The notes under the pieces: model-generated
Databases searched by the model: none
What the model was told of the DNA's origin: nothing
Seen by the model: the letters and a program-made list of their open reading frames with translations, nothing else
Source: Candidatus Fraserbacteria bacterium
Lineage (GTDB): Bacteria > Bipolaricaulota > Bipolaricaulia > RBG-16-55-9
Direction of reading: 5' to 3'
Assembly (NCBI GenBank): GCA_037443265.1
Contig: JBBIOR010000006.1
Span: 26,924 to 90,923 of the forward strand
Length of the DNA stretch: 64,000 nucleotides
Position numbers and translations under genes: made by a program
Shown here: positions 46,275-54,721 of the stretch, one piece after another
Layout: every line of letters starts with the position of its first letter
Numbering within the stretch: the stretch's first letter is position 1

Positions 46275-48847
46275 TGGAGAAGCCGATCGAGATGGGGAGA
46301 ATTCAGCAGATCTACGAGAAGGTCCTATTACTGGGGGGCGAGCCGCGCGCGATCCTTGACCAGATCGTCTGCGGGCTGGCGGACTTCCTACAAGCCAAGA
46401 TCGCCATCATCGAAAAGCTCGAGCAGGACAAGATCCAAGTGATCTCCATGTATCTCGACGGGAAGATCTTCCATGAGGGCGAGTTCCTCTTGAGGGGCAC
46501 GCCGTGCGAGCACGTCAAGCAAGAGAAGAGATCCTGCCATTTCCACCGCGCCTATGAGCAGTTCCCCCAGGATCCGTTCTTGCAGGAGCATCGCATCTCT
46601 TTTTATGTGGGCGTGCCCATCTTCGATCACGCCGGCGAAGTGATCGGCATCGTCAACGCCATGGATCCTAAGGCGCGGGAGCTTCCGGAGGAGGAGCTGC
46701 AAGTGATCCGGCTTCTGGGACAGCGGGCGGCCCTGGAGCTGGGAAGCCTCCTCCTAGAGCAGGAGAGCCGCAGGCTACGGGAGAAGCTCCTCGAGATCGG
46801 CCGGGAGATCCTTCAACAAAGAGAGGTGGATGCCATCTTGAGGCAAGTCGCCTCGGCGATCCGCGAGCATTCTCCCTTCAAGCTGGTGGCGATCTCCCTC
46901 TTCGAGCGGCCCATCGATCCTCATCGCGGGGAGCAAGAGCGGATTGCTCAGGTGGTCACAGCCGGCCTCAGCCTGGAGGAGGAAGCCAAATTGAAAGCCT
47001 TAGCGCTCTCGGGGCAGCCCATCCCAAGCCACCAGATCTTACAGAAGGGCCGGCCCATCGGAGGCGGCTATTATGTCACGCCCGAGCTCCTCCCGGAGCT
47101 CGTCCCCAAGGGGGTCAAGGGCCGGGTCGGGCGGGAGGGCGCCGGGGTCTGGGGGCCGTATGATGATCTCTATTTCTTCTTACGCCAAGGGGAGCAGCTG
47201 ATCGGGCGCATCTCGCTGGGCGATCCCGTCCACGGCCAGGTCCCTACGCCCAGGGAGCTTGAGCCCCTGGAGCTCTTTGTCAATTTGGCCACCCTCGCCC
47301 TCGAGAAGGCTCGCTTCACCCAAGAGCTCCAGCACTTCCAAAGGCGCCTCCAGGGCATCTATCGCCTGAGCGAGCAACTCGCCCGTTTGGAAGACTTCGC
47401 TACGCTCATCCAGCAGGCCGTGGAAGTCATCCGCCAGAACTTTGAGTTCGATCACGTGGTGCTCTTCTTAAAGGAGGGCGAGGAGCTGGTGCTCAAGAGC
47501 TTCCATACGCGCCTGCCCCTGGAGGAGTTTCGGCTTAAGAGCTTTCAGAGGCTGAGGTTGGATCAAGGGATCTGCGGCTGGGTGGCCCGAGAGAAGCAGC
47601 CGGCTCGGGTGGGAGATGTCCTCCAAGACCCACGTTACGTGATGGGCCATCCGCAGATCCGCTCTGAGCTGGCTGTTCCCATCCTGCTGGAGGAGGAGCC
47701 CTTGGGGGTTCTCAACATTGAGAGTTTAAAGCCGAACGCCTTCACGCCGGAGGATGTGGAGCTTCTGCAAGCAGTGGCCCGGCAGCTGGCCGTGGCCATC
47801 GGGAGTCTCCGCCGCCGCCAGGAGCTTAAAGAGCTACTGCACGAGCGCGAGCGGGTCAATCGCTTTCTTAAGGCCCTCAATCAGGGCAAGAGCCTGGAGG
47901 AGATGCTGAGGCTGATCATCCAGCAGGGGATTGAGCTTCTGGCTCCCAAAGCCAATGCGGGAAGCTTCCTGCTGTGGGATGAGCCCAAGAAGTGCTTTGA
48001 GTTCCAAGCAGCAATCAATCGGGATCTGGGGGCTCTGAAGTCGATCACTTTTACGCTCGATCAGATAAGAAAGATTGCCCGCATGCGGGCTCCTTACATC
48101 TTCACCCGGTCCCAGCAGTTGAGCCATCCTGAGCTTGGTCGCATCGTGCGCGAGACGGGCCAGTGGCCGCCGGGCTCGACCATTTGCGTCCCCATTGGCG
48201 CAGGGGAGAAGCTGATCGCGGTGCTCAACATCAATAATCTGGAGGAGGAGGGGGTCTTCACACCGGAAGATGCCCAGAAGTTGGTGGCCCTAGTACCAGA
48301 GATCGAGCTGGCGCTCGCCCGCGCTCAGGATCAAGAACGCCTCAAAGAGCTGGCCATCCGCGACCCACTCACCGGCGCGTACAATCGCCATTATTTTACG
48401 GAGTTCATCGGCAAAGAGCAGGAGCGGGCCAAGCGCTATGGCTATCCCATCTCCTTGGTGATGATCGACATGGACGATTTCTATGAGATCAACGATCGCT
48501 TTGGCCATGCCACAGGCGACCGCGTCTTGCAGGAGATCGCCCAGCTCATTATGAACAACGTACGGGCTCCGGATGTGGTCGTGCGCTACGGCGGCGACGA
48601 ATTTCTCATCGTCATGCCCCAGACGGCTCAAAAAGAGGCTGAAGAGGCGATGGAGCGCCTGCGCCAGAGGCTCGAGATTTGGGATGTCGGTCTTAAGGGC
48701 CGCAAGCTCTCCATGAGCTTTGGAGTAGCGAGTTGGTCCCCTCAGAGCACCGAACATCTTGAGCAAGTCTTAGAGAAGGCTGATCAGTTCATGTACCGGA
48801 GGCGCCGTATAGTGCGGGGGGGGGGAGGAAGAAGCGCTAAGCGTTGA
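46274..48847 (+). CDS. Multi-GAF diguanylate cyclase
   Basis: About four GAF-like repeats; DPLTG, RAPD I-site, YGGDEF. Confidence 0.92.
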   Translation: MEKPIEMGRIQQIYEKVLLLGGEPRAILDQIVCGLADFLQAKIAIIEKLEQDKIQVISMYLDGKIFHEGEFLLRGTPCEHVKQEKRSCHFHRAYEQFPQDPFLQEHRISFYVGVPIFDHAGEVIGIVNAMDPKARELPEEELQVIRLLGQRAALELGSLLLEQESRRLREKLLEIGREILQQREVDAILRQVASAIREHSPFKLVAISLFERPIDPHRGEQERIAQVVTAGLSLEEEAKLKALALSGQPIPSHQILQKGRPIGGGYYVTPELLPELVPKGVKGRVGREGAGVWGPYDDLYFFLRQGEQLIGRISLGDPVHGQVPTPRELEPLELFVNLATLALEKARFTQELQHFQRRLQGIYRLSEQLARLEDFATLIQQAVEVIRQNFEFDHVVLFLKEGEELVLKSFHTRLPLEEFRLKSFQRLRLDQGICGWVAREKQPARVGDVLQDPRYVMGHPQIRSELAVPILLEEEPLGVLNIESLKPNAFTPEDVELLQAVARQLAVAIGSLRRRQELKELLHERERVNRFLKALNQGKSLEEMLRLIIQQGIELLAPKANAGSFLLWDEPKKCFEFQAAINRDLGALKSITFTLDQIRKIARMRAPYIFTRSQQLSHPELGRIVRETGQWPPGSTICVPIGAGEKLIAVLNINNLEEEGVFTPEDAQKLVALVPEIELALARAQDQERLKELAIRDPLTGAYNRHYFTEFIGKEQERAKRYGYPISLVMIDMDDFYEINDRFGHATGDRVLQEIAQLIMNNVRAPDVVVRYGGDEFLIVMPQTAQKEAEEAMERLRQRLEIWDVGLKGRKLSMSFGVASWSPQSTEHLEQVLEKADQFMYRRRRIVRGGGGRSAKR

Positions 48848-49716
48848 ACAGCGTGGAAATCCGCCCGGTTGAGACCCTAGAGGATATCCACGAGTGCGAA
48901 AGGCTCCAGAAGCTCGTCTGGGGCTTTGAGGATCTGAGCGTCGTGCCCCATCATTTAATCATCACGACCCTCAAAGCGGGCGGTTTGCTCTTGGGGGCGT
49001 TCGAGGGCCAGCACATGATCGGCTTCGTTTACGGCTTTCCGGGCTTTATAATAGAAGAGAAGCAGCTTAAGCTGAAGCACTGTTCGCTCATGGCAGCCGT
49101 CTTGCCCGAGCATCGCTTCCGCGGCGTGGGCTATCAGCTCAAGCTCAAACAGAGGGAATGCGTGCTTTCCCAAGGGCTGGATCTCATCACCTGGACCTTT
49201 GATCCCTTGCAGGGCGCGAACGCCCATTTTAATTTCACAAAGCTCGGCGTGATCTGCTGTCAGTATGAACCCAATCTCTATGGGGACATTCGGGATGAGC
49301 TCAATCGCGGGCTACCCACGGATCGTTTTTCCGTCGAATGGTGGATTCGTAGTCCCAGGGTGACGGCACGAGTAGAGCGCCTGGAGAAGCCTCATTTCAG
49401 CAGAGAGCTTCCCCTGGTCAATCGCACAGCCATCAACCGGCGGGGGCTCTTAGGCAACCTCGAGTATGATCTTGAGCGGAAAGAGGCACGCCTCCTGGTG
49501 GAGGTCCCGCGGGATATACGAGCCCTCAAAGAAGCCGATCTAGATCTGGCACTCCGCTGGCGGCTGGAGACCCGCAAGATCTTCGCGCATTATTTCAAGC
49601 GGGGCTATATCGCCAGCGAGTTTTTCTCTTCCGCCCTCGAGCCACAGCCCAGGAGCTATTATCTGCTGGAGAAGCTCCCTAAAGACGAGCTTTTGGAGAG
49701 GGAGCGCTTCTTATGA
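48844..49716 (+). CDS. GNAT acyltransferase (probable D-amino acid N-succinyltransferase)
   Basis: WTFDPL..NA.FN..KLG and TDRF.VEW; coupled to the NSAR/OSBS gene. Confidence 0.8.
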   Translation: MNSVEIRPVETLEDIHECERLQKLVWGFEDLSVVPHHLIITTLKAGGLLLGAFEGQHMIGFVYGFPGFIIEEKQLKLKHCSLMAAVLPEHRFRGVGYQLKLKQRECVLSQGLDLITWTFDPLQGANAHFNFTKLGVICCQYEPNLYGDIRDELNRGLPTDRFSVEWWIRSPRVTARVERLEKPHFSRELPLVNRTAINRRGLLGNLEYDLERKEARLLVEVPRDIRALKEADLDLALRWRLETRKIFAHYFKRGYIASEFFSSALEPQPRSYYLLEKLPKDELLERERFL

Positions 49717-50822
49717 GAGTTGAACGGGTGGAGCTCAGGCTCATCGAGATGGAGTTGAAAGAGCCCTTCGAGACGAGCTTTGGGCGGGAGGAGAAGCGCC
49801 CAGCCATCATCGTCTCCGCGATGGGCGATGGGCTGGTAGGCTATGGCGAATGCGTGGCTGGCTCCGGCCCGTGGTACTCCTACGAGACTGTCAAGACCGC
49901 TTGGCACGTGCTGAGCGATTTTCTCATCCCGGGGGTGCTCCATCAAAAATTCTCTTATCCCGAAGAGCTTCGTCTGCCGTGGGAGCGGATTCGTGGCCAT
50001 CCCATGGCCAAGGCAGGCCTGGAGGCCGCCATATGGGATCTCTTCGCCAAAGCTCAGGAGATCTCGCTCGCGAAGCTTCTAGGAGGCGTAAAGGATCGCG
50101 TGGCGAGCGGGATCAGCATCGGCATCCAATCAAACATAAGAGCGCTCCTTGAGGCCATTGAGCGCTCTTTAGAGAGAGGCTATCGGCGGGTGAAGCTCAA
50201 GATCAAGCCCGGCTGGGATCTTCAGATCATAAAGAGCGTGCGCGCGCATTTTCAGGGGCCCCTGATGGTCGATGCCAATGCGGCTTATTCCTTGGAGGAT
50301 CTCCCGCTCTTTAAAGGGCTTGATGAACTCAATCTCATGATGATCGAGCAGCCCTTCAGCTATGAGGATCTAGTGGACCACGCCGAGCTTCAGAGGCAGA
50401 TCCGCACGCCCCTCTGCCTGGATGAGAGCATTAGATCTCCCGAGGACGCGCGCCGGGCACTCCAATTGGGCAGTTGCAGAATCATCAACATCAAACCGGG
50501 GCGGGTGGGAGGACTCGCCCATGCCAAGCGCATCCACGACGGCTGCCAAGCGAAGCGTGTGCCCGTCTGGTGCGGCGGGATGCTCGAGACGGGCATCGGC
50601 CGAGCCCACAACGTGGCCCTGGCTTCTCTTCCTGGCTTCACGCTTCCCAATGATCTTTCCGCCAGCGATCGCTACTATCGCCAAGATATTATTGAGCCGC
50701 CGTTTGTGCTAAACTCAGACGGGACGCTCAGCGTGCCTCAGGGGCCGGGCATCGGCGTGGAAGTCAACGCCAGACGCTTGGAGCACGTGACGCTTGAGAA
50801 GAGAGTCTATGGGGCGCATTAA
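49713..50822 (+). CDS. menC: o-succinylbenzoate synthase / N-succinylamino acid racemase (enolase superfamily)
   Basis: KLKIKPG, VDAN, IEQP, LDES, NIKPGRVGG, WCGGMLE. Confidence 0.88.
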   Translation: MRVERVELRLIEMELKEPFETSFGREEKRPAIIVSAMGDGLVGYGECVAGSGPWYSYETVKTAWHVLSDFLIPGVLHQKFSYPEELRLPWERIRGHPMAKAGLEAAIWDLFAKAQEISLAKLLGGVKDRVASGISIGIQSNIRALLEAIERSLERGYRRVKLKIKPGWDLQIIKSVRAHFQGPLMVDANAAYSLEDLPLFKGLDELNLMMIEQPFSYEDLVDHAELQRQIRTPLCLDESIRSPEDARRALQLGSCRIINIKPGRVGGLAHAKRIHDGCQAKRVPVWCGGMLETGIGRAHNVALASLPGFTLPNDLSASDRYYRQDIIEPPFVLNSDGTLSVPQGPGIGVEVNARRLEHVTLEKRVYGAH

Positions 50823-51555
50823 GAAGGCCACAGGGTTTGTGCTTCGAGCGCTCGACTTTGGGGAGAGCGATAAGATCGTGTCGGTGCTCAGCCGCGAATC
50901 CGGCAAGATCTCGCTCTTGGCCAAAGGGGCGCGCAAGACAGAGAGTCGCTTTGGCGCGGCCTTAGAGCTCCTGACGCTGAGTGAGTTCATCTATTATCAT
51001 CGAGCAGGGCTCAAGACGCTCAGAGAGGCGGACATCGTGGAGGCATATTCTGCGCTCAAGGGTGAGTATGAGCGCCTGGAGAGCGCGCTGCGTTGTGCAC
51101 GCTGGGTCAATCATCTCTTGGAAGACGATCACATAGAGGAGCGCGTCTACCGGCTCTTTGGCGACCTCTTGGAGGCATTGACGGAAGAATCAGACGCCGC
51201 CTCTGCCAGGCTCTATGAGTTGGGGTTCAAGTTGAAGCTGCTCTCTAGCCAAGGGCTGGCTCCCACGCTCGATCGCTGCGCGGTCTGTGAGAGGATTCTG
51301 AGGCAGGCTTGGTTCTCTTTTGAGAAGGGTGGAGTGCTGTGCGAGCGCTGTCAGGGAGGGGCTCACGCCTTCCCGCTGGATGTGGGAATAGCTCGTGGGC
51401 TTCATATGGCGCTCCATCTGCCCTTCGAGAAACTGAAGCGCCTTAAGCTCTCAGCGGAGACGGCCGCCAGAGGCGAGCAATTGATCGATGAGTTTACGGC
51501 TCATCATCTGAGGCCAGCGGCTATCGGCGCGCGAAGATCCCTCCGGCGCGGATGA
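50809..51555 (+). CDS. recO: DNA repair protein RecO
   Basis: GESDKIV, AKGARK, CAVC...LCERC zinc finger. Confidence 0.92.
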   Translation: MGRIKKATGFVLRALDFGESDKIVSVLSRESGKISLLAKGARKTESRFGAALELLTLSEFIYYHRAGLKTLREADIVEAYSALKGEYERLESALRCARWVNHLLEDDHIEERVYRLFGDLLEALTEESDAASARLYELGFKLKLLSSQGLAPTLDRCAVCERILRQAWFSFEKGGVLCERCQGGAHAFPLDVGIARGLHMALHLPFEKLKRLKLSAETAARGEQLIDEFTAHHLRPAAIGARRSLRRG

Positions 51556-51616
51556 GCAAGACTGCCACCCCAACCGCAATGAAAAAGCTGATCAGTCCTT
51601 CAATAATCGGCGGCAT
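51521..51616 (-). CDS. 31-aa single-TM peptide B
   Basis: MPPIIEGLISFFIAVGVAVLLIRAGGIFARR; G-rich SD; paralog of the adjacent peptide. Confidence 0.65.
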   Translation of the reverse strand: MPPIIEGLISFFIAVGVAVLLIRAGGIFARR

Positions 51617-51635
51617 GTGGCGTCCCCCGGTGGGA

Positions 51636-51746
51636 TCACATCCCCTCTAGATAACTGCCCAGGCGAATCAGAAGGACGGCTACTCCGATGGCGATGAGCA
51701 GGTTCCCCACGGACGTCAAGAGCGTAGTGATGTCTGCTTGAGGCAT
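51636..51746 (-). CDS. 36-aa single-TM peptide A
   Basis: MPQADITTLLTSVGNLLIAIGVAVLLIRLGSYLEGM; GGGGGTGAGG SD. Confidence 0.7.
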   Translation of the reverse strand: MPQADITTLLTSVGNLLIAIGVAVLLIRLGSYLEGM

Positions 51747-51809
51747 TGCGCCTCACCCCCTTTAGAAGGTGCCGCGGGCCTTCTCGCACTTCCCGAGCTC
51801 ATGGCCAAA

Positions 51810-51838
51810 ATTATAGCATAAAGCTTAGGACGGGTCAA
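51810..51838 (-). promoter_or_regulatory. Strong sigma70 promoter for the twin peptides
   Basis: TTGACC-N17-TATAAT with extended TG. Confidence 0.8.
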
Positions 51839-51895
51839 CAGAAGAGTTCATAGGCCCTTGAAGGATGGGGGGGAGGTGGGCTACGATAGAGGGCT

Positions 51896-53149
51896 ATGAG
51901 CCATGAGCGCCGGGTCGTGATCACGGGCCTTGGGGCGATCACGCCCATTGGGATAGGCAAAGAGGGCTTCTGGGAGGGCTTGAAGGCCGGCCGAAGCGGC
52001 GTGCAGCGCGTGGATGATCTTATTGATCTTAGCGGCATTGAAGCCAAGATCGGGGCGGTGGTGCGTAGCTTTGATCCGCTGGAGTACATGGACAAGAAGA
52101 GGGCGCGCCGTCTGGGCCGCTCGACCCAGCTGGCGATCGCTGCGACCCGCCAAGCCCTCCAGGACTCCTGCCTGAACCTGGAGGAGACAGAAAAGGCCCG
52201 CGTGGGCGTGCTCATCGGCACCGGCATCGGCAACATTGAAGTTTTAATTGAGAACCATCTGATATTTTTGGAGAAGGGGCCCTCTCGGGTCAGCCCCTTC
52301 TTCGTGCCCATGTTCATGCCCAACGCCACCGCCGGAGAGATCTCCATCGAGTTCGGGCTGCAAGGGCCCAACTTTGGGCTAGTGTCCGCCTGCGCCAGCA
52401 GCAATCACGCCTTGGGGCTGGCTGCGGATCTCATCCGTCTGGGCTATGCGGACGTGATGATTGCTGGCGGGTCGGAGTCGGTGATGCTGCCGCTCAACTT
52501 TGCCGGCTTCGATCAGGCCCGAGCGCTCTCTAGGCGCAACGAGGCTCCCGAAAGGGCTTCGCGGCCCTTCGATGCCGAGCGCGACGGCTTTGTAGTGGGG
52601 GAAGGGGCCGGGGTATTGATCTTAGAGAGCTTAGAACACGCGCGGGCGCGGGAGGCGCATATCTATGCGGAGCTGGCAGGGCATGGGATGACGGCCGATG
52701 CGCATCACATCACGGCTCCGGCTCCGGATGGGCTCGGCGCCAAACAGGCCATGGAGATCGCCCTTAAGCGGGCGGGCATCTCGGCCGATGAAGTCGATTA
52801 CATCAACGCCCACGGCACAGCGACGGAGCTGGGAGATGTGGCCGAGACTCAAGCCATCAAGATGCTCTTCGGCGAGCGGGCTTATAAGATTCCCGTAAGC
52901 TCGACGAAATCTCAGATTGGGCATCTTCTGGGGGGCGCCGGGGCGGTGGAGGCGATTGCCACGCTCATGGCTCTGGAAGAAGGGATTCTGCCGCCGACGA
53001 TCAACTATGAGCATCCCGATCCCCGGTGCGATTTAGATTACGTCCCCAATCGGGCCCGTCCGGCGAAGGTCAGAGTCGCGCTCTCGAATTCCTTTGGATT
53101 TGGCGGGCATAACTCCACGCTGGTCTTCCGCAAGCTCGAAAGCGCTTAG
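51896..53149 (+). CDS. fabF: Beta-ketoacyl-ACP synthase II
   Basis: [33 protein letters not shown]. Confidence 0.97.
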   Translation: MSHERRVVITGLGAITPIGIGKEGFWEGLKAGRSGVQRVDDLIDLSGIEAKIGAVVRSFDPLEYMDKKRARRLGRSTQLAIAATRQALQDSCLNLEETEKARVGVLIGTGIGNIEVLIENHLIFLEKGPSRVSPFFVPMFMPNATAGEISIEFGLQGPNFGLVSACASSNHALGLAADLIRLGYADVMIAGGSESVMLPLNFAGFDQARALSRRNEAPERASRPFDAERDGFVVGEGAGVLILESLEHARAREAHIYAELAGHGMTADAHHITAPAPDGLGAKQAMEIALKRAGISADEVDYINAHGTATELGDVAETQAIKMLFGERAYKIPVSSTKSQIGHLLGGAGAVEAIATLMALEEGILPPTINYEHPDPRCDLDYVPNRARPAKVRVALSNSFGFGGHNSTLVFRKLESA

Positions 53150-53736
53150 AACAGAAAGACGGCCGCGGCCACCACGGTCGTATAGCCGCCGCTGTTGACC
53201 ACGGCCGATTGGGTGATGTTCATGGTGCGCACGATCTTGCCGCTGATCTTCCACAGCTGCTCCTTCTCATCCCAGGCGAGATTGTCGTCGAACTCAATCC
53301 CCAGTGTGGAGGCGAGCATCGAGGCCGCCAGATCCTCGGCGTAGTCCCCGGACTGCTTCTCGTTCTGTCCATAGGCGTGATGCTCGCTCAAGTAGCCGTA
53401 GGCATCGGGATCGGCCGGGATCGCACAGCCGATGGAGGCGGCCACTAATCTTCTAGGCTCGTTGCTGGCGCAGCGGGCCATCACGCAGTAGACAATCTGC
53501 CCCGGCTGAAGGTCCTTAAGGCCCTCGGCCTTGGGGATGATCTTGCAACGAGGCGGCAGGATGCTCGAAACATGCACCAGATTATATTTCTCAATGCCGG
53601 CATCGCGCAGCGCCAGCTCAAAAGAGCGCAGTTCCTCCTTGTGGTGCCCCACCCCGCGGGTGAAGAACACCTTCCGCGGGACCAACGTCGCAGGCGGGAG
53701 GGCCGCCACGGGCAACGTCGCTGTAAGTCCTTCCAT
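53146..53736 (-). CDS. pdaD: Pyruvoyl-dependent arginine decarboxylase
   Basis: [28 protein letters not shown]. Confidence 0.93.
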   Translation of the reverse strand: MEGLTATLPVAALPPATLVPRKVFFTRGVGHHKEELRSFELALRDAGIEKYNLVHVSSILPPRCKIIPKAEGLKDLQPGQIVYCVMARCASNEPRRLVAASIGCAIPADPDAYGYLSEHHAYGQNEKQSGDYAEDLAASMLASTLGIEFDDNLAWDEKEQLWKISGKIVRTMNITQSAVVNSGGYTTVVAAAVFLF

Positions 53737-53748
53737 CCTCGACCCCCT

Positions 53749-54645
53749 TTACGCTTGTGAGATGGAGAAATAGCCGATCATCTTGTAGACGAGCTTGGCT
53801 GCTAGAAAAGCCGGAGCGACCAAGCCGCCGATGGGAGCAAGCTCGACCACATCGCATCCGACCACGCGATGCTTTTCAAAGACCCGTCGCAGCAGCGCCG
53901 TCACTGTCTGCCAGTCGAGCCCGCCCGGCTCTGGGGTGCCCGTGGCCGGCATGATCGCCGGATCGAAGACGTCCACATCGAGCGTGATATACACCGGGTC
54001 CTTGAGAGTATCTAGCGCTCTGCGACTGGCTTTGGGGTCGCGTTGCCACTCGCGGGCCGAGAGGCTCATGATATTAGAAGACCTCAGAAATTCTGCCTCT
54101 TCCCGACAGAGGCTCCGGATGCCCACCTGAAAGAGCTGTGCGATCTCGCTGATCCGCCGGCCCACGCAGGCGTGACTGTACTTCGTCCCCTGGAAGCTAT
54201 CCCGAAGATCCGCATGGGCATCCAGCTGGAGTACCGAGAGTTCTTTATGCACGGCCGTCAGCGCCCTCACCGCGCCGAGCGTGATGGAGTGATCGCCCCC
54301 GAGCAAGATGGGAAACCTTCCGCCCTTTAAGATCTCTTTGGTGGCGTGCTCGATGCGGACGCTCATCTCCTCAGGTCCGCTGGCCAGAGGCTCCAGCGCC
54401 GGCAGCGTGTGGATGCCCACGAGATAGGGCTCTCTCTCCAGTTCTTCATCGTAGAGTTCGATATGGAGGGAGGCCTCGAGGATGGCCTCTGGGCCTCGGC
54501 GCGCGCCCGCCTGATACGAAGTCGTCAGATCGTAGGGGACAGGCAGCAGGGCGACCCGGGAGCGCTCCCAGCTAGAATGCTCAGGCGGCACCGCCGCGAA
54601 GGTGCGGGGTGCCGCCAGCCCCTCGGCTATGAGTCGTTCTTCCAT
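53749..54645 (-). CDS. speB: Agmatinase
   Basis: GGDHS, DAHAD, DVDVFDP, GTPEPGG; next to pdaD. Confidence 0.93.
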   Translation of the reverse strand: MEERLIAEGLAAPRTFAAVPPEHSSWERSRVALLPVPYDLTTSYQAGARRGPEAILEASLHIELYDEELEREPYLVGIHTLPALEPLASGPEEMSVRIEHATKEILKGGRFPILLGGDHSITLGAVRALTAVHKELSVLQLDAHADLRDSFQGTKYSHACVGRRISEIAQLFQVGIRSLCREEAEFLRSSNIMSLSAREWQRDPKASRRALDTLKDPVYITLDVDVFDPAIMPATGTPEPGGLDWQTVTALLRRVFEKHRVVGCDVVELAPIGGLVAPAFLAAKLVYKMIGYFSISQA

Positions 54646-54721
54646 CGGCGTAATCTATAATCCTCCGGCCTTCTTGAGTCCCGCGTGATTATAGATCAAC
54701 AGGCCTGCACTGACAAGACTC

